Source: Acidobacteriota bacterium
GTDB lineage: Bacteria > Acidobacteriota > Polarisedimenticolia > JAPUKU01
Assembly: GCA_027295505.1 (NCBI GenBank)
Contig: JAPUKU010000084.1
Span: 5,926-69,925, forward strand
DNA: 64,000 nucleotides
Direction: 5' to 3'
In this document: positions 1 to 8,683 of the stretch, one piece after another
How positions within the stretch are numbered: position 1 is the stretch's first letter
How the letters are laid out: each line of letters opens with the position of its first letter
Program-made: the position numbers and the translations under genes
Notes under the pieces: model-generated
What the model saw: the letters and a program-made list of their open reading frames with translations, nothing else
The model's database searches: none
What the model was told of the DNA's origin: nothing

Positions 1-3000
1 TCGATAACCGATGATGTGGCCGTTTTGTCCCTGCAGAATGCATCGTTGCCCCGTGTATAGATGGGCATCGTCCCCGATGCCCGCGCTTCCCACCTGGCAC
101 GAGCTCCAGGACCTCAGCCGCGTCTTGTAACGATCTCCCACGGGTGCGAACTCGTCGTAGACTTCCACGTTTCGAAACGCCTCATTCGGGTTGAAGAATT
201 CGGGGATGGACAGCACGGATTCCTCATCGATCACAAAGCGGCTGACTGAAGGATCGCCTTCTACGTGACCCCGAACCGTCGAGTAAGCATACTCACCGAT
301 GCGGCAGAGATGCGATGGACGCTGGAACACGCGGTAAACAACTCCATTCGGGTCGGGGGGTACGACATACGTATCAACGACATAGCTCTGTCCTTCGCTG
401 TTGCTCTGCGTTGTCACCTCATCATTAGAGATGGCCACAAGAGAGGGGTGAGTGTATTGTGTGGCTCCCTCGAGGCTGCTATACGAACTTGAGTACCCGG
501 ACGTCTCCGTATCGTCGATGGACCAGGCACCACAGTTCATACCGGCGGGATCGCAAGGCCTGAAGTATCTCCGGAAGCCGTACCTGGACGCTGGATCATC
601 GTCCCTCTGTTCGATTTCCGCAATGCGGGTCCAGAACCATCCATCTCTTGCCATGCTCTTGTGGACGCCGCACAGAACCTGGCCTTGCCCCTCTACATCC
701 AACTCACTTGGCTCACAGGTAGTGCGCTTGATCTCAAACTGCGGGACGTCCGCCACACTGCGGGTGCGCGTCTCGGCAATTGCAGAGGGGGCCGATTCAC
801 GGCTCTGAAGATCGACAGCAGCCAGACGGAAGCGGTAGAGGGTTCCAGGCTGGATTCCATCCGTAGCCGTGAGGACGTGTGAGCTGGTGCCAGGACCGGC
901 TGTCGCCATCAGGCTCAAGGTTCCGCCAGTCAGTTCCTCATAGATACGGTACTCTGCAATCTCCTGGCCGCCTACCGGCCTCCAGGAGAGGTTGATGCGC
1001 TGCGCACTGGTCGGATCCGCCTCGGCACTGAATTCCGCGGGCCGCTGGACCGGTCCGGCCTCGGGTAAACCACCCGTTATTACTGGTACATCGGATGGTG
1101 CTGCCTGGAATGTTCGCTTTATCACACCAAAAAAGAACGGATGCTCCGAGCATAGCGCTTCTCCTGCCCTTCCCAGTGCACATACCTGGTAACTATAAGT
1201 CTTCCCGCTTTCCAGTCTTTCACTATCCTCAAAGGTGTAGGGCGTCGTCATCTGAAGATCCAGAGGAAGGATCTCATACCCAGAGGGTGACTGACTCGCG
1301 ACCGTCTCATTCAAGACACCGTTCGGATCCAAAACAGTATCTACCGTGGGCGGCGAAACTCCAATGTACCGGATTAGCTCGAATAGGTGCAGATTTGCAA
1401 TCTCCTCGCTCGTCGCATTCGGATCCAGTATCCAGGAGATCACCATTGCGTTGTCTACTTGCGTCAAGGAAGAAATCGTAGGCATCGGTGGTGACCCGGC
1501 AGAGAACTCGACAGCGGATTCAGGCGAGAGAACGCTCTGGTTTCCAGATCGATCGATGGCCTGAACACTGTAATAATACGTTTCCCCCGCTTGAAGACCG
1601 GCTGAATCAAGGTAGGTATTGCCATAGTTCGGGACTTCCGTCAACGCTGCTGCGGTACCTGTCTCAGCCCTGCGGTGCACGATGTAGCCCGCCACGGCCG
1701 GACTCGGACTGTCCGTCCAGTACACGAGCACCGAACGAGAATTGGGGGGAAGATCTTCAATGATTGCTCCGACCCGTTCCGGGGGATCGACTTTGCCTTC
1801 GAGTGAACTCAGCATACCGAGCTGCTGATCGTTTGCATAGACGTACGCCTTATCCCAGCGGGGATTCGATACTCCTTCCGCCACGAACTCCGTGAGAACT
1901 TTTCCCGTTGCGTCCCTGACATAATACGTCGTCTTACCATCTTCTATCTTTTGAATCCTGTGATCTGAGGAATCGTAATAGTAAGTCGCAACGCTCGAGC
2001 CAGTCAGTGTATCAACCTGGACGAGCCGCTTGCGTGCGTCGTACTGGTACAGGTATCGCTCGTCCTGCACAAGATTTCCGACAGCGTCATATTGGAACGG
2101 ACTGTAGGCAGCGTAATCGACTGATTTCGAACGGATCCGGTTCGTCTCTAAATCCATATTGAAAAACCCAGCCGCGTTTGCTGGGAGGCCTTGCTGACCT
2201 TTCTCCCAGAAGCCCATATTTCCAAATGGATCGTAGCCGTATTCCACCCAGTTGTTGCCGGCTGTGCTCAACGAAGCGTACGTGAGACGGTTCAGACGGT
2301 CATATTCATAATGGTCCAGGCCAATGTCCGTGATGTTTCCAGATCCATCGTAGAGGTATAGACCGCTGTCCCAGAACCGGCAAGACGCGATCTGAGCCGC
2401 GCAATCAGGATCACCACAATCGATCTTTCCATCCCAGTCGTTGTCGAGGCGGTCGGCGCACAGGGCTGCATCGTCTTCTGATGTCGGCTGCGGCCCGCAG
2501 AATAGGCTCTGGCAGTACGGTTCTTCGCAATCCGTTAGGAAGTTCGCGTTATCATCGATCCCATTTGTGCACGCCTCGTAAGATTCCTCAGGGGTGCAGG
2601 CGACGGCACATTCCGAGTCATTGCAGTCCGTGAAACCGTCAGCGTCATTGTCCTGCCCGTCATGGCACCTTGAGTAGGTTGTCTCGGTGCAGAAGAACGT
2701 GCATCCCGGATCGGCGCAATCAGTGAAACCGTTAAGGTCGTTGTCGACGCCGTCGGAACACAATTGGCCAAGGTTTTCGTTGCAGTAAACATAGCATTCC
2801 GGATCCGCACAATCGGTTAGGTGATCCGCGTCGTTATCCTTCTCGTCGTGACAGGCGGTACTGTTGTCTTCCGGGCTGATACCACCGCCGCCGCCGCCAC
2901 CCTCTCCAGGCTCCTTCCTTCGTTTTGGTTCTTTCGCCTGAGGCCCGCCAACAACACGGTAAGGAGAGACGGAGATATGTCCCAGACGCATGAGAAAGGT

Positions 3001-6000
3001 CTCATCGTTTGCTTCTGGATCGGTGAGCATAGCAGTGGATGGAAGACTAGGATCACGATCCACGTAAATCCGTCCCGGACGGTTCCTCACGTCGGATTCA
3101 ATCGTTGTGCGAGTGCCATTTCCCGCCTCCCAGGACTGGATCCCTCCTGCGGGGTTGTAGGTAAAGTTGGCCGCTATGAGGTTGGTTGGGGCGTTCTGGG
3201 TGCTGACCGCCGACAGAAAACCGTTTGTGTACTCATATTGGGCTCCAAGCGGCTGAGTCCACGACGGATCTCCAGGGTATTCGAGGCGCGCAAGAAGACC
3301 CAGACCGGTATACTGATACGTTGTCTTGACCCTTTCCCCCCATTCTCCGAGCCAGGTCTCCTCTAGATCGACACGTCCATTGAGCCCCGCGTACTGGAGC
3401 TTGCGCTCCGAAAGGAGGTGTTCATCATCGTCGTAGTTCAAGACCCGGGTCAGCTTGCCGATCGGCCGATCACCCTGGTCCCCGAATTGACTGGTATCGT
3501 AGACTCTGTTCGCGAGAATCTTCCAGGTGATCCTCCCATTCTTTGAAAATTTCGCAAGCTCTTCACGCAGCGGCCGGCCTGCTGCGTCATAAACGCTTTG
3601 GAATCTCTTCCCATCTGAGTTTTCGTTTTGAAGGGCGTTGCCGAGCGGATCAAAGGCCAGGTAAACGGTGCGGCCATTCTCCGGGTGGATCTCTTCGATC
3701 ATTCTACCCAGACCATCATAGGTAAAATTCCTTTTCTGAGTTATCTGCTGTCCCTCTTCATCGGTGCCATCAAGACTAACCTCGACGAGCCAATCCTGCT
3801 CATCGTAAACGTACTCCGCATCGGCACCACCATCCGAATCGACCGAGATCAGCCGATCAAATCCATCCCTCTCCTGGACGGTTGTGACAGTTCCCGCCGC
3901 AGTCAGGTCGTGGTTCAGCCCGTTCACGCGTATCGTGGTCTCCCGGCCGCTGTAGTCGTACTCGGTAAGCCAACCGTCGGCGCTCACAATTCTCCGCGGG
4001 CGGTTCAGCGGGTCAACGGTACTTTCTCCCGCTGCCGTGTAATAGGTCCACGTCCGCGCTGCAGCTCCTGGGGAAACATCTCCACACTGAAAGGGGTCTA
4101 CGGCGAGGATGGACTCACTTTGTTCGGAGGGCTTTCCCGAAGGAGTGTAGCAGCGATGCACGGAGGCCAGCGAGTCGTCGTACTGTCGCTTGCGGGTTTC
4201 AACGAGGCGGGCTAGCCCATCGTAAAGATATTCAGAGCAGATGAAATCGCCTGACACCGTACAGGGTGAAGCTGCATCGTATGCGATTGTCCCCAGCAAT
4301 GAGGATGCTCCCTGCATGACCACCGTGCGCGTGATCGATGGATACCGGATCTCGGTGGGATGCTCGAATCCGTTGAGCGTATCGGGCTCGATGCGCCTAA
4401 TCCGGCCCAGCTCGTCATAGGTATAGCGCGTGCTAACACCTGCAGTATCACGGGCCTCCTCAATTAGGCCGGTTTGGGGATCCCGATCCCGCTCAATGGC
4501 CCACCACGCCAAGGGGACTCCGTTCTCCCTGAAGCGCTTGCCGGCGAGATAACCTCCAGCCTGGTAGGTATACTCGATCTCGTACAGGGCTGGGGCTGGT
4601 TCATCCGGTGTGGCTCCACCGCTAAGCTTTTTCAGAATGATGTTGCCGCTGCGATTTCCATCAGGGTTCGGTTCAGAGTTACAACCATGGGCCGCAGCTG
4701 TGGGATCGTGAACCGGATAGATCGATCCTCCAGGTGGCGGCACACCGACCCGATCATCTCCGTCAAAGCAATAAGTGGTCTGGAGATCCTCGCCCGCGTC
4801 GGGCCCCATTTCTGGGTTCGCGAGACGCACCTGGGATCTCAGCTTCCCCTCTTCAGTCGTTGTATATTCATTTCGGACCAGAACACGACCGCCCCGATCC
4901 AGCAATTCATCGTTCTCCTGCAAATGGATGACCCAGTTCTCCACCTGAAATGCGCTCAGCTGATCCCGGGTTCTCCAGGCCTGCTTCTGAGTTCGCATCG
5001 ACCGGAGCTGCCCGGCTGGACCAAGATCGGTCTCCTGATGAAACACCGGATGACCCAAAGTGTCGTAGACCCAGGTATCAATCTTCCGTGCGTGCTGGCT
5101 GGATGCATTCCCATCATCAGAGATTTCTGCTTCCCCATACACACGCTGAGTGTTTCTCTTCGTGTACTTATCGTAGTTTCTGAATGTGTTGTACTTGAAG
5201 CGCTCCCTCCGCATGAGCTTGCCTGTGCCCCAGCTCCCTTTATAGGTATCGATGCGGTAGTTGTATCCCGACAGGAAAAAACCAGGCTCTGAGGCTGCAA
5301 TTGTGGGTGAAGGGGTGTTGTCATCGAATCTACTAAGGTCGGGCGCATAGTAGTAGTAGACCGTCTCATTTCCCTCGGGATTGATCACATGCACTCTTGA
5401 CGGCACACTCGAGAGGATCTGAGACGCACCACCGGGCATATCCCCGCTGCGCAGGTATGTCCAGATCTCGGGAGTTGCGTCGGCTGCGTCATCGTACCGG
5501 TACTTGCGCGTCACGTGGCGCGTCTCCGTTACGGACGCCGTGCCGTTGATGATGGTCCCCCCTTTCCGACTGCCATTACCCTGGGGCGTTGGGTAGATGC
5601 TTCCGTAGTCGTAGTTATCGTACTGGTACCGAAAAACGGCTCCCGTTGGAAGGATTCGCTCCATGAGCTCGCCGTACGTCCCGGTATCGGCGACATCAAA
5701 AGGTCTCTCCGGGAGTGCAAGACTCTGCTCATACGAGAAGCTGATCGCCTCGCGGTTCCCCGTGGGCGAGGTGGCTGGGAAGACGATACGCTTGAGAAGA
5801 GGTACACCCTCGAACACCTCGTCAAGAGCGTCCGCATCGGAGCACACAGCGAACTGGCGGCACGTAAGGTAAATAGGAGCCGATACATCATCGATGCAGT
5901 ACTCGAAATCGTAAGTGGCGGTAGAGCCACCGAATGCCGGCAGGGTGACGGAGGTGACCAATCCTCCATGGACATCCACAGTTCGCGTGCCTCCCTGGGG

Positions 6001-7026
6001 ATCGCACGAGGGTACCGTCAGAGAGCTTTCGTTTGTAAACAGGATCGTTCGAGCAGCAACTTGCTGGTCTTCGGGAATCGCTGGGTCAGCCCGGTACTCG
6101 TCGATTTGAACGATCGAGTGCTGAATCAGAGACCCTCCATAGGTGATGTCGATGTAGTCGTATGGAAGCACGGTCTCGTTGTTTTCGTTATCTACTGTGA
6201 CGTACTTCTCCACGCTTTCGATTCGTGTCACGTAGAAGCCCCGCAGAACTTCTGCGTCCGGATCGAGCTTCGGATTTGGATCGCCGTCGGGATGGTGAAG
6301 GAAAGTCATTTTGGTCCCGTCACCGGGGTAGAGGTACCAGCCGGTGTGATCTCCCGTGACTGAATCGAAGATCTTCTCAGCCCGCATGTAGGTCCCATCC
6401 ACCGTCTCGTAATGGTTGTAATCTCCCGTCGTGGGGCAGAGACCGGCTTCTTCGATTGGAACCGGATCACCGAAGGGGCCGGACAGGTCAGCGCTGGATG
6501 ATATTTCGAGGACTGGGCAGTAGGCGATTGGATGAGCAGCGCCTTGTTGATCTTCGTAGTACCAGCCTGGATCGAGGGACACATCGGGGGTTGATACTGT
6601 GTTCGGGTATGGCTGGGCGTAGAAAATACGGCCCATGTGGAGCCGGAAACCAAGCCCGGCGTTGTGCAACTCCTTATCCGTCCGGCCCTCCCATTCCGCT
6701 TCCGTAGATCCCACCAGAAGCGGTGTTACAGTAACTTCTAGCCCGGGTTTTTCCTCGATCCAGAACTTGGAGTTGTAGGTCAGAAGGAGACGGTACTCGA
6801 GGCTGTCCGTTACACGGTAGGCTTGTCCGATAGGTACAGTCAGGACAAGGTTGCCGTTCAGGATGTCGAGGTTCTCACCGAAATGGTCCCCGTCGAATAA
6901 GTGTTTCTCTGAGAACCCGATCTGCTCGTTCTCGTTCTGGGCCAGAGCGGTGCCGGTGAGGCCGGACAGGCCCAAAACCAGAAGAATGCTCGAGAGCGTG
7001 ATCAGAGTGAACTTGTGATGTGTCAT
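1..7026 (-). CDS. Giant secreted RHS/YD-repeat protein with Cys-rich DxDNDxDG repeats and FN3 domains. Its C-terminus lies beyond the left edge of the window, so more than 2,342 aa are encoded here.
   Basis: ATG at 7026..7024 gives MTHHKFTLITLSSILLVLGLSGLTGTALAQ, a signal peptide. I translated the minus frame (codons ending at multiples of 3) at many points down to nt 1 and found no stop. It is missing from the ORF track because it has no stop in the window. YD-repeat motifs are present, for example GVSTRYTYDELGRIRRIEPD at ~4440-4381 and YDGLGRMIEEIHPENGRTVY at ~3720-3661. After a Gly-rich linker, ~2880-2400 encodes five or more CxDGxDNDxDGxxDCxDPxC repeats. Further YD repeats follow, then at least two FN3-like domains (~1740-1500 and ~1080-780, e.g. 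VLVYWTDSPSPAVAGYIVHRR...GETYYYSVQAIDRSGNQS). Confidence 0.8.
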   Translation of the reverse strand, partial: MTHHKFTLITLSSILLVLGLSGLTGTALAQNENEQIGFSEKHLFDGDHFGENLDILNGNLVLTVPIGQAYRVTDSLEYRLLLTYNSKFWIEEKPGLEVTVTPLLVGSTEAEWEGRTDKELHNAGLGFRLHMGRIFYAQPYPNTVSTPDVSLDPGWYYEDQQGAAHPIAYCPVLEISSSADLSGPFGDPVPIEEAGLCPTTGDYNHYETVDGTYMRAEKIFDSVTGDHTGWYLYPGDGTKMTFLHHPDGDPNPKLDPDAEVLRGFYVTRIESVEKYVTVDNENNETVLPYDYIDITYGGSLIQHSIVQIDEYRADPAIPEDQQVAARTILFTNESSLTVPSCDPQGGTRTVDVHGGLVTSVTLPAFGGSTATYDFEYCIDDVSAPIYLTCRQFAVCSDADALDEVFEGVPLLKRIVFPATSPTGNREAISFSYEQSLALPERPFDVADTGTYGELMERILPTGAVFRYQYDNYDYGSIYPTPQGNGSRKGGTIINGTASVTETRHVTRKYRYDDAADATPEIWTYLRSGDMPGGASQILSSVPSRVHVINPEGNETVYYYYAPDLSRFDDNTPSPTIAASEPGFFLSGYNYRIDTYKGSWGTGKLMRRERFKYNTFRNYDKYTKRNTQRVYGEAEISDDGNASSQHARKIDTWVYDTLGHPVFHQETDLGPAGQLRSMRTQKQAWRTRDQLSAFQVENWVIHLQENDELLDRGGRVLVRNEYTTTEEGKLRSQVRLANPEMGPDAGEDLQTTYCFDGDDRVGVPPPGGSIYPVHDPTAAAHGCNSEPNPDGNRSGNIILKKLSGGATPDEPAPALYEIEYTYQAGGYLAGKRFRENGVPLAWWAIERDRDPQTGLIEEARDTAGVSTRYTYDELGRIRRIEPDTLNGFEHPTEIRYPSITRTVVMQGASSLLGTIAYDAASPCTVSGDFICSEYLYDGLARLVETRKRQYDDSLASVHRCYTPSGKPSEQSESILAVDPFQCGDVSPGAAARTWTYYTAAGESTVDPLNRPRRIVSADGWLTEYDYSGRETTIRVNGLNHDLTAAGTVTTVQERDGFDRLISVDSDGGADAEYVYDEQDWLVEVSLDGTDEEGQQITQKRNFTYDGLGRMIEEIHPENGRTVYLAFDPLGNALQNENSDGKRFQSVYDAAGRPLREELAKFSKNGRITWKILANRVYDTSQFGDQGDRPIGKLTRVLNYDDDEHLLSERKLQYAGLNGRVDLEETWLGEWGERVKTTYQYTGLGLLARLEYPGDPSWTQPLGAQYEYTNGFLSAVSTQNAPTNLIAANFTYNPAGGIQSWEAGNGTRTTIESDVRNRPGRIYVDRDPSLPSTAMLTDPEANDETFLMRLGHISVSPYRVVGGPQAKEPKRRKEPGEGGGGGGGISPEDNSTACHDEKDNDADHLTDCADPECYVYCNENLGQLCSDGVDNDLNGFTDCADPGCTFFCTETTYSRCHDGQDNDADGFTDCNDSECAVACTPEESYEACTNGIDDNANFLTDCEEPYCQSLFCGPQPTSEDDAALCADRLDNDWDGKIDCGDPDCAAQIASCRFWDSGLYLYDGSGNITDIGLDHYEYDRLNRLTYASLSTAGNNWVEYGYDPFGNMGFWEKGQQGLPANAAGFFNMDLETNRIRSKSVDYAAYSPFQYDAVGNLVQDERYLYQYDARKRLVQVDTLTGSSVATYYYDSSDHRIQKIEDGKTTYYVRDATGKVLTEFVAEGVSNPRWDKAYVYANDQQLGMLSSLEGKVDPPERVGAIIEDLPPNSRSVLVYWTDSPSPAVAGYIVHRRAETGTAAALTEVPNYGNTYLDSAGLQAGETYYYSVQAIDRSGNQSVLSPESAVEFSAGSPPMPTISSLTQVDNAMVISWILDPNATSEEIANLHLFELIRYIGVSPPTVDTVLDPNGVLNETVASQSPSGYEILPLDLQMTTPYTFEDSERLESGKTYSYQVCALGRAGEALCSEHPFFFGVIKRTFQAAPSDVPVITGGLPEAGPVQRPAEFSAEADPTSAQRINLSWRPVGGQEIAEYRIYEELTGGTLSLMATAGPGTSSHVLTATDGIQPGTLYRFRLAAVDLQSRESAPSAIAETRTRSVADVPQFEIKRTTCEPSELDVEGQGQVLCGVHKSMARDGWFWTRIAEIEQRDDDPASRYGFRRYFRPCDPAGMNCGAWSIDDTETSGYSSSYSSLEGATQYTHPSLVAISNDEVTTQSNSEGQSYVVDTYVVPPDPNGVVYRVFQRPSHLCRIGEYAYSTVRGHVEGDPSVSRFVIDEESVLSIPEFFNPNEAFRNVEVYDEFAPVGDRYKTRLRSWSSCQVGSAGIGDDAHLYTGQRCILQGQNGHIIGYR
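2400..2880 (-). repeat. Tandem Cys-rich Asp-rich repeats (MopE-like or thrombospondin-type-3-like putative Ca/metal-binding motif) inside the giant ORF.
   Basis: Translation gives CSDGVDNDLNGFTDCADPGC, CHDGQDNDADGFTDCNDSEC, CTNGIDDNANFLTDCEE and CADRLDNDWDGKIDCGDPDC. The repeat unit is about 20 aa. Confidence 0.6.
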
Positions 7027-7549
7027 GAGACTTCCTCCCCCTCGGCCGCGCTTGACGCTTATGGCGCAGCGGCCCCCAGGCGAACGACGAGCGTTCACAC
7101 GCAGATTAGATTTTGGTGGGATTGAGGCTTTCGACCTTCGGCGGTCCGGGTCGTTGGCGGGTGACCCGGCCCCCCTCCTTCCGGTTCTTCACTGGCACGT
7201 CCCCCACGTGCAGGCGCCAGAGCCCCCCCGGCAACCGGTCAGATGGCCTATTGCTATAAGTTTTTTACGTCGAAACTGACTTGGCGTCAACCCATATTTT
7301 TTACAGCCCTCGCCCAACTTGAGATCGTCGCCCTGGCCGACCCGCAGACGCCGGCCGGGAACTCAGACTTGAACTTCGCTCAAAACCTTTTCACAAAGCA
7401 ACTTAAGGAGCCCGAACTGGAAGTCTCCGGGGCTGACTCACCGCCCTAACGAAGCCACATGCCAGAAACGCCGGGTCCGTTCTCGAGCGGCCTGAATCCG
7501 CCCTATTCGGCCAGGCGAGATACTGGAAGGTCAGCTATACAATTGAAGT

Positions 7550-8683
7550 ATGGCCGAGCATTACTCAGATTGCATGGGGGCATCCGAGGCGGCCTACCGT
7601 CCTGGACCGGTTGCGATCGCGCTGGCGCTGTTCGCAGGGCTCTTCGCACCAGGGGTGGGCCGGGCTCTCCAGGCGGCTGAGCCACCCTCGGCTCCGCTCC
7701 TGGAGTCAGCCGCCATCGCTATCGCTACCGAGTCGGACCCGGAGGCGAGCGCCCGGAAGATCCGGCGGGCGCTGAGCCGTCTGGAGAAGAAGGCGAAGCG
7801 CCGGATCCGTGGGGCGGAGAATACTCAAGAGCGTCGCGAGCTTTTCGACCGGTTCTTCTTTACCGAGGCAGGATTCCGCGGATCGACCGCGCTCGATACA
7901 CGGCGACCAGAGGACGGCAGATCTGAAAGCGGAGCGGGACTCCTGTTGCACGAGGTTCTTGAGACTCGATCCGGAACCTGCGTGGGGCTGGCACAGATTT
8001 ACCTGATCCTGGCCGACCGGCTCGAGCTTCCGGTCGTGGGCGCGGCCACGCCCGCACACCTGTTCGTGCGCTGGTTGAACGGCGGGGCGAGGATCAACAC
8101 GGAGCTACTGGAGCAAGGGGCTGAACACCCGGATGCCGATTACCGGACCCGGTACCGCATCGACGAGGCAGATCCATCCGATCCGGTCTTCCTGCGAGAT
8201 CTGACGACGGACGAGGTCGCGGCGCGCATCTACAACAACCGCGGCGTCCTCCGAAGCCATGCGGGCCATCTCGAGGCGGCGTCCGCCGACTATGCACGCG
8301 CCATCGACCTCGATGTGAAGTTTCCCGCACCCTATTACAACCGCGGGCTCGACCAGTTGAACTCGGGGCAACTGAAGGAGGCACTCTCGAGCCTCGACGC
8401 GGCGCTCACCCTCCACCCGGGCGACGCGTGGGCGCTCAACAACCGGGGCTTGGTGCACCTCAAGCTTGGGCGGCTCGAGCAGGCGGAGGAGGATTTCAGA
8501 TTGGCCGTGGCGATCGAGCCTGGCCTGGCAGCAGCCCGCAAGAACCTTTCGCTCGTCTCTTCACGGATCGACCGGGGAGATCGTGTGGGCGGGGATAAAA
8601 CCGCGACCGAAGGAACCGCCTCCTCCTCAGGAACAACTCCCGCCCGCGACCCGGCGGGAGAGACCGCGGGCCCGCGGCCTTAG
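7550..8683 (+). CDS. Transglutaminase-like domain protein with C-terminal TPR repeats, probably exported.
   Basis: The N-terminus is hydrophobic (VAIALALFAGLFAPG). SGTCVGLAQIYLILADRLELPVVGAATPAHLFVRW resembles the Cys/His core of transglutaminase-like cysteine-protease folds. The C-terminal part has TPR-like repeats (YYNRGLDQLNSGQLKEALSSLDAALTLHPGDAWALNNRGLVHLKLGRLEQAEEDFRLAVAIEP). It is divergent from the giant ORF across a ~520-bp spacer. Confidence 0.5.
   Translation: MAEHYSDCMGASEAAYRPGPVAIALALFAGLFAPGVGRALQAAEPPSAPLLESAAIAIATESDPEASARKIRRALSRLEKKAKRRIRGAENTQERRELFDRFFFTEAGFRGSTALDTRRPEDGRSESGAGLLLHEVLETRSGTCVGLAQIYLILADRLELPVVGAATPAHLFVRWLNGGARINTELLEQGAEHPDADYRTRYRIDEADPSDPVFLRDLTTDEVAARIYNNRGVLRSHAGHLEAASADYARAIDLDVKFPAPYYNRGLDQLNSGQLKEALSSLDAALTLHPGDAWALNNRGLVHLKLGRLEQAEEDFRLAVAIEPGLAAARKNLSLVSSRIDRGDRVGGDKTATEGTASSSGTTPARDPAGETAGPRP

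Noticed and set aside
3628-6363. Plus-strand ORFs of 195-282 aa (3628..4215, 4474..5292, 5515..6363) and the other minus-frame ORFs inside 1-7026.
   Set aside because: They lie wholly within the uninterrupted minus-strand frame-0 giant ORF, whose translation shows coherent YD-repeat/FN3 domains. They are high-GC shadow ORFs with low-complexity translations.
7243-7449. 68-aa plus-strand ORF in the spacer upstream of the giant ORF.
   Set aside because: It has no recognisable motif or RBS and lies in a divergent promoter region. It is kept only as a possibility for a small protein.
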